Assembly (NCBI GenBank): GCA_048939445.1
Contig: JBHLPN010000006.1
Coordinates: 1 to 33,723 of the forward strand
From: Promethearchaeota archaeon
GTDB lineage: Archaea > Asgardarchaeota > Lokiarchaeia > Sigyniarchaeales > SOKP01
Reading direction: 5' to 3'
Length of the DNA stretch: 33,723 bases
The position numbers and the translations under genes were made by a program. Each line of letters opens with the position of its first letter. Positions within the stretch are counted from its first letter, which is position 1. The notes beneath the pieces are model-generated. The model saw nothing but the letters and a program-made list of their open reading frames with translations. It had not been told where the DNA came from and made no database searches. Shown piece by piece: positions 8,972-17,785 of this stretch.

Positions 8972-10538
8972 AATACTTATAATTACTGGTCTAAAGAGTT
9001 ATAAAATAATAGAAAAGGTTATTAAACCTGTTAAAGAGCATAACATTACAGTAATAAAAGCGCCAATATCTATTTCTGCTTTTCTAACAGAACCTATGAC
9101 ATCTAAAATCTTAGAGCAGACAGAAATTTATAATTATGACATGATATTATTACCGGGTTTTGTACAATGGGATTCAAAAGATTTAGAAGATAAATACTCA
9201 ATAAAAGTTCGAAAAGGTCCAGAATTCGCATCTGATTTACCAGTCATTCTACAAAATTTAAAAATTATAGAATTATCAAATAAAACACCAGCAAATAGAT
9301 TACTAGAGATTTCAGGAGAAAGTCAATTTACTGAAATTGTAAATAAACAGCTAGAATCAGCCAAAAAAAATCTAGACTCTCATACATATTACCTTAATGA
9401 AAAAAAATCTAATATCATAATTGGAAGGAATTTACCACCCCCTATAATTGCCGAGATTGTAAACTGTACTGAAAAAAGTAATGAGAATATTCTAAAAAAA
9501 GTAAAGCATTACATCAATTCTGGTGCAGAGATAATAGATATTGGATGCGTCTCTAATAAGCCAAATCCAGAAAAAATTAAAGAAATAATCAAATTAATTA
9601 GATCCAACTATGATATCTTAATAAGTATAGATTCTATGGATTCCAAAGAGATAAATGCTGCTGTTGAAGAAGGAATTGATCTCATTCTAAGTCTAGATTT
9701 AGGTAACTATAAAGAATTTTTACATCTCCCTAAGACCACTCCTATTGTTATACTTCCTACTAATGTTAAGGAAGCATATTTTCCTAAAGATGCTGAAACT
9801 CGCGTTAAAAATTTATTTAAATTAACAAATGAATTACAAAATAATGGTTTTAAGAAGTTAATTGCTGATCCACTGCTGGAAACGCCAATTAGTCCTGGAA
9901 TATGCAATTCTTTAGAAGCTTATTTTTTGTATAAAAATAAGGTTTCAGAAGGGAAATATAAACATTTCGAACTCCCTCTATTTTTTGGAATATCAAATGT
10001 AGTTGAGCTTATGGATATTGATTCTGTTGGAATTAATGGACTGTTAGCAAGTATTGCAATTGAACTGGATATCGGGATTCTTTTTACCGTCGAACATAGC
10101 ACGAAACTAATGGGAGGAGTAAGAGAGTTGAAAGAAAGTATAAAATTAAATCATGTAGCGAAGTATAGGAAAACACCACCTATAAATCAAGGAATTTCAG
10201 TTTTTAGAGCTAAAGGAAAAGTAAATCAAGAATCACCAGATATCAATCAAAGTAATATAATAGCTGTACAGAAATTCCTTACTGATTATATTCCGGATGA
10301 TAAGGGATATTTTAGAATTTACACAAATCATTATTCAAAAAAAATTTACACTCTTTTTTTCTCTAATGATGATCAACTACTCCATACTTTCATTGGGGAC
10401 AATGCAGAAGCTTTAAGTAAAAAGATCATTCAGTCTAATTTAACTAAAGACGTATATCATTTGAATTATTTAGGAAGAGAATTAAAGAAAGCAGAACTTT
10501 ATTTAAATTTAGAAAAACCGTATATACAGGATGAATAA
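8967..10538 (+). CDS. dihydropteroate synthase-like pterin-binding protein with C-terminal DUF4346-like domain; probable ATT start
   Basis: The in-frame extension (I/M)KILIITG...APISISAFLT upstream of ATG 9096 matches the family N-terminus. Also DMILLPG, IIAEI, GAEIIDIG, SIDS, IADPLL, GISNVVELMDIDSVGINGLL, DDKGYFRI, HLNYLGRELKKAE...YIQDE. Confidence 0.82.
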   Translation: MKILIITGLKSYKIIEKVIKPVKEHNITVIKAPISISAFLTEPMTSKILEQTEIYNYDMILLPGFVQWDSKDLEDKYSIKVRKGPEFASDLPVILQNLKIIELSNKTPANRLLEISGESQFTEIVNKQLESAKKNLDSHTYYLNEKKSNIIIGRNLPPPIIAEIVNCTEKSNENILKKVKHYINSGAEIIDIGCVSNKPNPEKIKEIIKLIRSNYDILISIDSMDSKEINAAVEEGIDLILSLDLGNYKEFLHLPKTTPIVILPTNVKEAYFPKDAETRVKNLFKLTNELQNNGFKKLIADPLLETPISPGICNSLEAYFLYKNKVSEGKYKHFELPLFFGISNVVELMDIDSVGINGLLASIAIELDIGILFTVEHSTKLMGGVRELKESIKLNHVAKYRKTPPINQGISVFRAKGKVNQESPDINQSNIIAVQKFLTDYIPDDKGYFRIYTNHYSKKIYTLFFSNDDQLLHTFIGDNAEALSKKIIQSNLTKDVYHLNYLGRELKKAELYLNLEKPYIQDE

Positions 10539-10640
10539 ATCAATAAAATAAATTAATGATTAGCTTAAGTAATTGGTTGAAATTTATATAATTATTAAAC
10601 TTATCTAATATGTTTCCATTAATCAAACTCTCTTAAAAGT

Positions 10641-12506
10641 GTGAATTTTATGATACCAAAAAAAATGGAATCTTTTCTTCATGAACACCTCCCAGATGCT
10701 ACCCTCAAAACCCGACTTAAAAAAGATAAGGGAAAATGCTATTTAGAGTTTCGTAATGTAGATGAGCATCTATTATCTCGACTTGGGATTGTTGTTGATA
10801 AATTAGGCCCTCATCTTGTAGTTTGTTTATGGGATGAATCATCCGAGTTGGAAATTGGTGGATATTTAGTAGTTGATAACCTGTCCATGGGGGCTCCGTC
10901 AATGGGAGGGATTAGAATGCTCCCTGATATAACACCTTCAGATATTCATAATTTAGCTAGAGGTATGACCCTTAAAAACGCAGCTGCTAATCTTCCATAT
11001 GGTGGAGGTAAATCAGGGATTGTTGCTGACAGAAATATCTCACCTGAAGATCATAATAAAGTAATCCGTGGTTTTGCACGATTAATTCATAGCTATATCG
11101 ACATCTATTTGCCTGGACCTGATGTGGGTACTAACGATGCTGATATGAAGACTATAGCTATAGAAAATGGATTAGATAACGCACTTTCTAAGCCTGTTGA
11201 GATGGGAGGAATGCGCATAGATGAATTGGGGGCAGCTGCTGGTGGGGTTGTGATCGCTTTGCAAACTCTATTGGATATAATGCCGAGATTGAGAGTTCTT
11301 TCCCAATTTGCTAATCTTGAGATTCCAGAAACTAAAGATCTTAAAATTTTGATTCAAGGTTTTGGAGCTGTTGGTGCTCATGTTGCACGTATATTATATG
11401 AAAGAATCCCTGATGCCAAAGTAATAGGTATAAGTGATTTAGAGGGTTATTTATATAATGAATCTGGCTTACCAATTCAAGAACTTTTTAAAATATGGGA
11501 AGAAAAACGCTTAGTTACTAATAATTATTTTAAAGAGGAGATTTTTTCAGAAGGGTATAAACACCCTACGAAATTTTCTACAAATAGAAATAATTTACTT
11601 CTGGAAAATGCTTTTTGTTTGGTTCCTGCAGCTCCAGTATTTAACTATTTAGGAGTGCGTACTTCTGAAAATCCATCTATAACAGTGGATCGTATGGGAA
11701 AATGGGGAGTGATTGTTGAAGGGGCAAATACATATTCTCCTGATCCTAATAGAAAGGCGGCACGTACTCGTATGGAGCAAATTGTGTATAGAGAGAAGGG
11801 AGTAATGATAGCTAATGATTATTTAGTAAATTCTGGAGGTGTAATTTTTGCTGCTCAAGAGCACATAATTAAATCTCCAGATAGATTACAAATACCTGAA
11901 GAAATGTTAGGAAATCGTGATGTGGTAGAAAAATGGTTGAAAGATCACTCTAAAGAATTTACAGAGCTTTCAAGACAGCGATTAAAAGCAGGAGAGGAAT
12001 ATAGAGAAGATGTAATTCATCATAACATGATTGAATTAGTTGATTTATTAGCGACGCACCCTGATATGCTTCCATGCATGGCAGCTGAACGTATCAGTCT
12101 TCAACGTTTAACTGATAAGGAAAGCGAACTTACAGCAAAAGATATTATGATTTCAATACCAACAATTGACGTAAAAAGTTTAGTCCAAGACGCAGCTGCT
12201 TTAATGATTGAAAAAAAAAGTGGGATAATTGCTGTACTTTCAGAAAACAGACTTGTAGGAGTTGTTACAGATTGGGATATCACTGCTGCAGTTGCTTCTA
12301 ATCGTTGTGACGTTAATCTTGATAAAATTATGACAAAAGACGTTATTATAGCCTCTCCAGATTTTTCTATTTTAGATATTATTCGAGAACTAGAGCAATA
12401 TCAAATATCTGCAATGCCTGTAGTTGAACAGGGAAAAGTTTTAGGTATGGTTAATTCAGATCTAATAGCACAACGCTATATTTTAGAATATTTACAATCT
12501 CAATAA
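10641..12506 (+). CDS. Glu/Leu/Phe/Val dehydrogenase fused to a C-terminal CBS pair (start may be ATG 10650)
   Basis: GGIRM, GMTLKNAAANLPYGGGKSGI, GPDVGT, QGFGAVG, VEGAN, DYLVNSGGV; the last ~125 aa contain LVGVVTDWD and ISAMPVV...GKVLGMV CBS motifs. Confidence 0.85.
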   Translation: MNFMIPKKMESFLHEHLPDATLKTRLKKDKGKCYLEFRNVDEHLLSRLGIVVDKLGPHLVVCLWDESSELEIGGYLVVDNLSMGAPSMGGIRMLPDITPSDIHNLARGMTLKNAAANLPYGGGKSGIVADRNISPEDHNKVIRGFARLIHSYIDIYLPGPDVGTNDADMKTIAIENGLDNALSKPVEMGGMRIDELGAAAGGVVIALQTLLDIMPRLRVLSQFANLEIPETKDLKILIQGFGAVGAHVARILYERIPDAKVIGISDLEGYLYNESGLPIQELFKIWEEKRLVTNNYFKEEIFSEGYKHPTKFSTNRNNLLLENAFCLVPAAPVFNYLGVRTSENPSITVDRMGKWGVIVEGANTYSPDPNRKAARTRMEQIVYREKGVMIANDYLVNSGGVIFAAQEHIIKSPDRLQIPEEMLGNRDVVEKWLKDHSKEFTELSRQRLKAGEEYREDVIHHNMIELVDLLATHPDMLPCMAAERISLQRLTDKESELTAKDIMISIPTIDVKSLVQDAAALMIEKKSGIIAVLSENRLVGVVTDWDITAAVASNRCDVNLDKIMTKDVIIASPDFSILDIIRELEQYQISAMPVVEQGKVLGMVNSDLIAQRYILEYLQSQ

Positions 12507-12509
12507 TAT

Positions 12510-13640
12510 TTAATAATATCTTAATATATTATATAAAGTATCTCTTTGAGCGGGTTTCTTTCCAGCAGCTTTAATTATTGTAATAATTTCTTCTGCCGAT
12601 AAATATTGACCAAATTCTGCTCCAGCACTTCTGGATATATTTTCTTCCATTAAAGTTCCAGAGAAATCGTTTACACCGAAATTTAAAGACACTTGAGCAA
12701 GTTTTGGACCCAATTTCACCCAACTACATTGTATATTATCAATATAATTATTTAAAAATATCCGAGATACACAAAACAATTTTAAATCCGCTATACCATA
12801 ACTAGGATTCAAAGGATGTTTATCTAATCTTGATAATATAGGATTTTCTTTTACAAAAGGCAAAGGCACAAATTCAGTGAATCCTTTGGTTTCTTTTTGA
12901 ATTTCTCTTAAGACTTCTAAATGTGTTATTCGATCATTTAAAGATTCTATGTGTCCATACATGATAGTTGAAGTCGTTGGGATACCTAAATTATGAGCTG
13001 TAGTGATTATATCAATCCATTGCGATGTAGAGACTTTATTTGGACATATAATTCTTCGTATATCATCAACCAGAATCTCTGCTGCTGTTCCTGGAATGGA
13101 GTCTAATCCAGCCTTTTTTAATATTTTTAATGTGTTTTCTATTGAACTCTTATATAATTTTGACATAAAATAGATTTCTTGAGGAGAAAAAGCATGAGTA
13201 TGAATGTTTTGATCTATTCCTTTTACAAGTCGAAGAATATCTAAATAAAAATCAAATTTTAATTCAGGATTGATTCCCCCTTGAATACATACTTCTGAAC
13301 AATCTGAATTTTTTGCTTCAATAACTCTATCCTTAATCTCCTCTAATGTAAGTGTGAATGCATCTTTATGATTAGATGGCAAGCTAAAAGAACAGAATTT
13401 GCATCCTTGAAAGCACACATTAGTAAAATTTATATTTCGATTAATTACAAAAGTTACGACTTCTTTTTTTTTTTCAAAACAAATTTGATTAGCAACAAAT
13501 TGTAGAGCAAAAAATTCTTTACCATCTACTTTTAATAATTTTAAAGCTTCCTTTGAGGTAATTTCCTCATTTTTTAATGCTTTTTCTAAAATACCCTTTA
13601 TTTCTGGTTTTAGCTGGTTTAAGAAATGAGAATTTAACAT
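12510..13640 (-). CDS. cofH: FO synthase subunit CofH (radical SAM)
   Basis: TFVINRNINFTNVCFQGCKFCSF, CIQGG, HAFSPQE, PGTAAEIL, EFVPLPF, NIQCSWVKLG, GTLMEENISRSAG; TAATG-coupled to cofG. Confidence 0.9.
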   Translation of the reverse strand: MLNSHFLNQLKPEIKGILEKALKNEEITSKEALKLLKVDGKEFFALQFVANQICFEKKKEVVTFVINRNINFTNVCFQGCKFCSFSLPSNHKDAFTLTLEEIKDRVIEAKNSDCSEVCIQGGINPELKFDFYLDILRLVKGIDQNIHTHAFSPQEIYFMSKLYKSSIENTLKILKKAGLDSIPGTAAEILVDDIRRIICPNKVSTSQWIDIITTAHNLGIPTTSTIMYGHIESLNDRITHLEVLREIQKETKGFTEFVPLPFVKENPILSRLDKHPLNPSYGIADLKLFCVSRIFLNNYIDNIQCSWVKLGPKLAQVSLNFGVNDFSGTLMEENISRSAGAEFGQYLSAEEIITIIKAAGKKPAQRDTLYNILRYY

Positions 13641-14743
13641 TAATAATTTATATTATCTATAATTTTTTTAATATTTTCTGGACAGTAATCACTTTTTTGG
13701 ATGTATTTATTATAGATTGGAAGTCTTTCTTTGAGTTTATAGCCTTTAGCCTCACAAATTTTATTTAAATCATCAATTTGAGGCCACATATTTTCAGGAT
13801 TTATATAATCTAATGTAATAGGTGATATTCCCCCAAAATCGTCAATCCCCATATCGATAAACTCTTTTTCAAAACCTATTATAAGATTTGGGGGTGCTTG
13901 AATAGCAATTTCATTCTCAAATATAATACGAGCAATTCCGGATATTTTGAGCATTTCTTCGATAGTAATTGGTTTTTTAGGTTGAAATGGAATATTTTCT
14001 TTATTCACAAAATTCTGAATGATAACCTCTTGAATATGCCCATATTCCTCATGGATTTTTTTAATTAAATATATATCTCTTATGATATCTTCTATAGTTT
14101 CTCCAATACCTATTAATAAGCCTGTAGTAAATGGAATTTTTAATTTTCCAGCATTATTAATGTGCTTTAATCTTTTTGTTGGTAATTTTCCAGGAGAATG
14201 TTCATGTGCTTTCCCTTTTTTAAAAAGTTCCATACTTGTACTTTCAAGCATCAATCCCATACTTGCATTATATCTTTTTAATTCCTTCATTTCATCATAA
14301 GTCAAAAATCCTATATTTGTATGAGGTAGAATATTAAAATTAAGTAAATTTATACAAATCTCTTTTACAAATGCTATGAAGTCTGAATAATTCCTTTTTT
14401 TTAACTCATTTTTGACATCAGGAAGTCTTTCTGGACGTTCTCCAGACATTAGGAGAGCTTCTTTGCAGTTATATTGAAGACCTTTTTGAATTAATGTATG
14501 AATTTGCTCATTACTAAGCAAGATTACGTTACCCTCACCACTTGGTTTAGGGATTTTATAATTATAAAAACAATATCCACATTGATTAATACAATAGTTC
14601 GAAAGAGAAAGTGTAAAATTCTTGGAATAAGTTATTATGTTTTTTTCATTAGTCGGTAATTGCTCCTTTATTTTTTTAACTCTTCCTCTTATTTCTTTCA
14701 ATGTAAGCTTTTTAAAGCTTTCAATTTCGTTATTTTTTATCAT
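13640..14743 (-). CDS. cofG: FO synthase subunit CofG (radical SAM)
   Basis: ITYSKN...CINQCGYC, LPHTN, NASMGLMLES, PFTTGLLIGIGE, GHIQEVIIQNF, QAPPNL, DFGGISPITLDYINPE. Confidence 0.92.
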   Translation of the reverse strand: MIKNNEIESFKKLTLKEIRGRVKKIKEQLPTNEKNIITYSKNFTLSLSNYCINQCGYCFYNYKIPKPSGEGNVILLSNEQIHTLIQKGLQYNCKEALLMSGERPERLPDVKNELKKRNYSDFIAFVKEICINLLNFNILPHTNIGFLTYDEMKELKRYNASMGLMLESTSMELFKKGKAHEHSPGKLPTKRLKHINNAGKLKIPFTTGLLIGIGETIEDIIRDIYLIKKIHEEYGHIQEVIIQNFVNKENIPFQPKKPITIEEMLKISGIARIIFENEIAIQAPPNLIIGFEKEFIDMGIDDFGGISPITLDYINPENMWPQIDDLNKICEAKGYKLKERLPIYNKYIQKSDYCPENIKKIIDNINY

Positions 14744-14745
14744 TA

Positions 14746-15411
14746 TTAGTCCTTTTTGTATTTTAACACCACATAATTATCCCTACTTAAGATTTCAAGC
14801 AATTTAAACCTTGGTGCTTGAGCCATAGTTTCAAATCCTTTACCTTCAACAAGGGTAATTGCATCTTGACCACCAATTACCCATGGAGCAATGGTTAGCC
14901 TTATTTCATCTACTAAATTCATCTTAATAAAGCTCCAGTTCAATGTGCCACCCCCCTCTAATAAGAGCTTTTGAATCCCTACATTATAAAGAAGTGGCAT
15001 AAGATTCGATAAATTTACTTTCTTACCTTTACCAGCTTTTAATATCTTCACTCCTTTTGACTCAAAATCTTTGATTTTTTTCAATATTACATTTTCCGTG
15101 GTACATATTATCGTAGGATATGTTTGTGGCCGAAATGTAATTACTTTTGAATTAATAGGTATCGAAAGATTACTATCTACAACAATTCTATAATACCCCT
15201 TATGGTTATAAAATTTAATGTGAAGTTTAGGATTATCTTTCAATATAGTGTTTTTCCCCACGATAATACCATCCACTTGAGCCCTAAGTTTATGGACTTC
15301 TTTCCAATCTTCTCCATCAGACAACTCTGGATCTCCTGTTTTGGATGCTATCTTTCCATCAATAGTCATTGCAGCACTTAAAATGATATATGGGCGTTCA
15401 ATTTCTTTCAA
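14746..15411 (-). CDS. arfC: 2,5-diamino-6-ribosylamino-4(3H)-pyrimidinone 5'-phosphate reductase (stand-alone RibD C-terminal domain)
   Basis: RPYIILSAAMTIDGKIA, VHKLRA, GKNTILKDNP, LLLEGGGTLNWS, VDEIRLTIAP; no deaminase domain. Confidence 0.85.
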   Translation of the reverse strand: MKEIERPYIILSAAMTIDGKIASKTGDPELSDGEDWKEVHKLRAQVDGIIVGKNTILKDNPKLHIKFYNHKGYYRIVVDSNLSIPINSKVITFRPQTYPTIICTTENVILKKIKDFESKGVKILKAGKGKKVNLSNLMPLLYNVGIQKLLLEGGGTLNWSFIKMNLVDEIRLTIAPWVIGGQDAITLVEGKGFETMAQAPRFKLLEILSRDNYVVLKYKKD

Positions 15412-16567
15412 ATACTAACTCTCCTTTGATATAAGTTTTTTTAATATTTTCTGATTTTGTTCTTTGAGTAATTAAATCTAATATATTATTAGAGTTTAAT
15501 TTATAAGAAAATAGATTTGGATCATAAAGATTAATTAAAAAGAAGTCAGCAAATTTTCCCTTTGAAATCGAGCCAAACTCATTTTCAAGATTAAAACTTT
15601 TTGCAGCATTAATAGTAACCATTTTCAATAAATCCTTAGAAGTGAATTTAAGCTCTTCATCATAACTGCATAAAACTCTTGAAATTCGGTAAAAATATCG
15701 TATCTCTTCAAATAAATCAGTATTATTCACCATTAAATTGTCTGTACCTAATGATATTGGAATCTTTAATCTTAAAATTTCGCTAATGGGAGGAAAACCC
15801 AACCCAAAATATCCATTACAACGAGGACATAAAACAAGAGATTTATTATTTTTAATTATTTTTTCTAAATCTTTTGAAACAAATTTTGTCCCATGAATGA
15901 TTACATCAATAAAATTATCATTAAACATTTCATTTATTAAATTAATATTACGAGTTTTCTCAGCACAGTGACATGCAACGATTTTTTTAAATTTATATTT
16001 AGCTGATACAATTAATTTTTTATTTGTTGAATTAATTTGTTTGTAACTGGATAATCCGACGCCATCTGCTAAATCGAAAATAGATTCTATTTCACTTTCA
16101 TCCATAAATCGCCCTAGGATTAAACTATTAATTGAATTATCAGTAAGCGCCTTTTTTAGAAGATTTACCCCTTCAATCCCTCCCTCTCGAAAATCAATGA
16201 AAAATGTAATACCATTTGATAGCATTTCTAAAACTGCATTTTGAATTCCTTTAATTTTGATATTTTCAGGGATTTGCCTTAATAATTTATGCTTAAGACC
16301 AAATGGAGGAGCAACGATCTCTGATATTTCTTTATTAAAACCCAATTCTTTAGCAAAACTATCCCCGATATGAACATGCGCGTTTATAAATCCCGGAATT
16401 AATAAGAAATTCTGATAATTCGGGAGAATTTCTAAATCTTTAGCGACATCTTCATATGAGATATCCATAATTTTTCCAGTGTGATCAATTTCTAAATTTA
16501 CATTCTGTTTTAAGTGTAAATTATCTCCAATTAGAGCATATTTACTAAATAAAGATTTATTAGCCAT
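15398..16567 (-). CDS. metal-dependent amidohydrolase/deaminase (TIM barrel)
   Basis: PGFINAHVHIGDS (HxH), HCAE, IIHGT, LCPRCN, LGTDN, GKFADF; overlaps the arfC start by 14 nt. Confidence 0.85.
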   Translation of the reverse strand: MANKSLFSKYALIGDNLHLKQNVNLEIDHTGKIMDISYEDVAKDLEILPNYQNFLLIPGFINAHVHIGDSFAKELGFNKEISEIVAPPFGLKHKLLRQIPENIKIKGIQNAVLEMLSNGITFFIDFREGGIEGVNLLKKALTDNSINSLILGRFMDESEIESIFDLADGVGLSSYKQINSTNKKLIVSAKYKFKKIVACHCAEKTRNINLINEMFNDNFIDVIIHGTKFVSKDLEKIIKNNKSLVLCPRCNGYFGLGFPPISEILRLKIPISLGTDNLMVNNTDLFEEIRYFYRISRVLCSYDEELKFTSKDLLKMVTINAAKSFNLENEFGSISKGKFADFFLINLYDPNLFSYKLNSNNILDLITQRTKSENIKKTYIKGELVFERN

Positions 16568-16600
16568 TAATTCATAAACATTGTAAATTATTTTGTATTA

Positions 16601-16647
16601 ATTATATCGAATCCTTTTAAATTATATCTAATCCTTTTAAAGATTAG
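16601..16647. repeat. 20-bp tandem duplication plus palindrome in the divergent amidohydrolase/mptA promoter region
   Basis: ATTATATCGAATCCTTTTAA at 16601-16620 and ATTATATCTAATCCTTTTAA at 16621-16640 (1 mismatch); CTAATC-N8-GATTAG at 16628-16647. Confidence 0.8.
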
Positions 16648-16681
16648 GAAAAAAATCAATTTTTGTTACTGGTGACTATTA

Positions 16682-17653
16682 ATTACCAAATTTAAAACAG
16701 ATTTACAAGATTCTGGTTCCGGCATAGATATTCCAATAGATAAGGTTGGTATTGTAGAATTGGAAAAAAAAGTTGAAATAGTTCAAGAGAATAAAAGATA
16801 TTCTTTTTATCCCAAAATATCAGCGTTAATCAATCTTCCTGCTGACCAGCGTGGAATACATATGTCTCGAACTTCGGAGACTATAGAAGAAGTTATTAAT
16901 GAAGTAATTTTCAAACCAACCCCAACTATTGAACTTGTTGGAGATAGAATTGTAAAAAAATTAATGAAACGCCATCCATATACATCTAAAGCTGAAGTGA
17001 AATTAGAAGGTAAAATTGTAGTACAAGTTAGAGAAAATGATGAAAGAATTATTCAAAAATCATACAATATTAGTTCTTTTGTAACAGCTAGCAGAGACGA
17101 TACTGGAAATATCGATTATAATTATTTTATAGGGGCTAGTGCAGTTGGTATGACTGTGTGTCCTTGCGCTAAAGAACTTTCTTTGGAGTATGCAGAAGAA
17201 GTTGTTAAATCCAGAAAAGATATTAAAGTTTCCGAAGAAGATCTCAATAAGTTGCTTAATTTACTCCCCTTTTCTTCACATAATCAAAGATCTATCGGGA
17301 CTATAATTATTCAAATAAAGGATCTAACTAATCATAAAATAGACGTTTTAGATATAATTGATGTAATAGAGCAATCCATGAGTGGTAAAATTCAATCTGT
17401 TTTAAAAAGGCCCGAAGAAGCCGAATTAGTAAGAAGTGCACATCTAAAACCCCTTTTTTCTGAAGATGTAATAAGAGAAATGGCAAAAAATTTCATTTTA
17501 AGGGACTTTCCAAATCTGGAAGATAATTTTAAAGTAAAATTCCAGATTCAATCTTTTGAAAGCATACATCCCCATGATGTATTCGCGCAATTGAAAACAA
17601 CTGTTGGAGATCTACGGCAACAATTAAAGGGTATTATCTCTCGTAGCAATTGA
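16682..17653 (+). CDS. mptA: GTP cyclohydrolase MptA/FolE2 family; probable ATT start
   Basis: QRGIHMSR, GMTVCPCA, SHNQRS, LKRPEE, PLFSEDVIR, ESIHPHD. The conserved N-terminal DLQD...IPIDKVGI lies in frame upstream of TTG 16760. GGTGA sits 6 nt before ATT 16682. Confidence 0.88.
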   Translation: MTKFKTDLQDSGSGIDIPIDKVGIVELEKKVEIVQENKRYSFYPKISALINLPADQRGIHMSRTSETIEEVINEVIFKPTPTIELVGDRIVKKLMKRHPYTSKAEVKLEGKIVVQVRENDERIIQKSYNISSFVTASRDDTGNIDYNYFIGASAVGMTVCPCAKELSLEYAEEVVKSRKDIKVSEEDLNKLLNLLPFSSHNQRSIGTIIIQIKDLTNHKIDVLDIIDVIEQSMSGKIQSVLKRPEEAELVRSAHLKPLFSEDVIREMAKNFILRDFPNLEDNFKVKFQIQSFESIHPHDVFAQLKTTVGDLRQQLKGIISRSN

Positions 17654-17785
17654 GTTTAGATAATTATCTCTTCCTTATCTATTGGTCAATTATCTTTGAT
17701 TTAGATGTGTTTATTTATACTTTTTTAAAGAAAAACTGAAATTTAAACCCTAATCCATATTAAAATAGTGATTTTTAAGAAATTG

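Noticed and set aside
8967-9095. Pseudogenisation (lost start codon) of the DHPS-like gene and mptA
   Set aside because: Both frames are intact, and the same SD+ATT arrangement recurs at several genes, which favours non-canonical initiation.
12510-13640. MqnC/MqnE menaquinone radical SAM enzyme
   Set aside because: PGTAAEIL and GTLMEENISRSAG motifs and coupling to cofG favour CofH.
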